Positions 34,405 to 35,590 of a stretch of 35,590 nucleotides of DNA are shown piece after piece (position 1 is the first letter of the stretch; each line of letters begins with the position of its first letter). The position numbers and the translations under genes are program-made. Source of the DNA: Octopus bimaculoides (Eukaryota); contig NC_068990.1 of assembly GCF_001194135.2 (NCBI RefSeq), positions 66,910,584 to 66,946,173 of the forward strand, in the 5' to 3' direction. The notes beneath the pieces were generated by a model, which was given only the letters and a program-made list of their open reading frames with translations, searched no databases and was not told the origin of the DNA.

Positions 34405-34538
34405 TATTTGTGAGTTGGCTGAGGTTGACTTTGCCTTTCATCCGTTTGAGGTTGATAAATTAAGTACCAGTTTTGTACTGGGGTCGATCTCCCAGAAAAT
34501 TTCAGGCCTTGTGCCTATAGTAGAAAGGATTATTATAC

Positions 34539-34572
<34 letters not shown>

Positions 34573-34795
34573 GGTGGTGAGTTGGCAGAATTGTTAACAT
34601 GCCAGGCAACATGCTTAGTAACATTTTGTCCATATTTGTGTTTAAGGTTGAAATTCCATCAAGGTCAACTTTGCTTTTCATCCTTTCAGGGTCAGTAAAA
34701 TAAGTACCACTCATCACTGGAGTCAATGTAATCGACTATTCCACCAGCCTCCTCCCCAAAATTTCAGGCCTTGTGTCTATAATAGAAAAAAGTTA
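34405..34795 (+). mobile_element. Two family A SINEs joined by (ATT)n
   Basis: 5'-truncated copy 34405-34530, (ATT)n to 34570, full copy 34571-34795. Confidence 0.85.
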
Positions 34796-34929
34796 TTCTT
34801 AATGGACTGAATATAAAAACACTCTAAACTAAAATATGTATACTTATTGACTTCTATTTATCCAATTTGTTTTGTTATACCTGTATACATACATATATTA
34901 CATATGTTTGTATATACACATATATATTC

Positions 34930-35120
34930 ATTTCATTCTTTTGCTTCAGTCATTTGACTGTGGCCATGCTGGGGCCCTGCCTTTAGTTGAACAAATTAAC
35001 CTCAGAACCTATTCTTTGTAAGCTTAGTACTTATTCTATCATCCCTTTTGCTGAACCACTAAGTTATGGGGACGCAAATACACCATTGGTTGTCAAGCAG
35101 AGATAGGAGGTCAAACACAG

Positions 35121-35185
<65 letters not shown>

Positions 35186-35350
35186 CATGATGAACTTCTT
35201 TCAGTTTCTGTCTGCCAAATCCACTCACAAGGCTTTGGTCAGCCTGAGGCTATAGCAGAAGACACTTGCCCAAGGTGCCATGCAGTGGAACTGAACCTGG
35301 AACCATGTTGTTGGGAAGCAAGCTTCTTACCACCCACCCACTCCTGTGCC
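34930..35350 (-). mobile_element. Complete family B composite SINE (head-CORE, internal microsatellite, 3' half)
   Basis: Reverse complement of 17684-17890, then (TA)/(CA)n, then reverse complement of 19060-19270, uninterrupted. Confidence 0.88.
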
Positions 35351-35555
35351 TGTTTATATATCTATAAGTAAATAAATAGAGTTAAACGCAGATGTTATTC
35401 AAATTCTTTTACAAATTACTGCACATTAACCTGGAGTTTCTGCCTTTGAATAGGTTGCTACATCCTTGTTACTTGCAGGAATTTTTGTACCCTGGTAACT
35501 GTTTATTGAATTTTCTGTGTTAACTGTAAACAAAGGATAATTTCTTCATCCATTT

Positions 35556-35590
<35 letters not shown>

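Noticed and set aside
1696-35371. Many ORFs rich in YI/CV/HT/N repeats
   Set aside because: Translations of (TA)n, (TG)n, (TATG)n and (ATT)n microsatellites.

Overview
AT-rich, microsatellite-dense eukaryotic non-genic DNA with seven assembly gaps. The repeat families look like those of Octopus, most likely O. bimaculoides; this is inferred from recalled SINE and RTE-tail sequences, not from a search. I found no supportable host protein-coding exon, and most ORF-track entries are microsatellite or N-gap artefacts. The window is a layered transposon graveyard. It holds many tRNA-derived SINEs, two RTE-clade LINE fragments (one with a PHD-like finger, one with a young 171-bp tandem array), two mariner remnants, a decayed Helitron Rep with telomere-like (CCCTAA)n and 23-aa STPR-like repeats, a piggyBac remnant, two hAT remnants and Penelope-like (PLE) pieces. 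The most interesting signal is non-coding: minimal type I hammerhead ribozyme motifs with palindromic helix III, from about four unrelated families, between 3.1 and 20.7 kb. These include an inverted sense/antisense pair and a three-copy family with a long helix II insertion. Repeat boundaries are read by eye and approximate to tens of bp.
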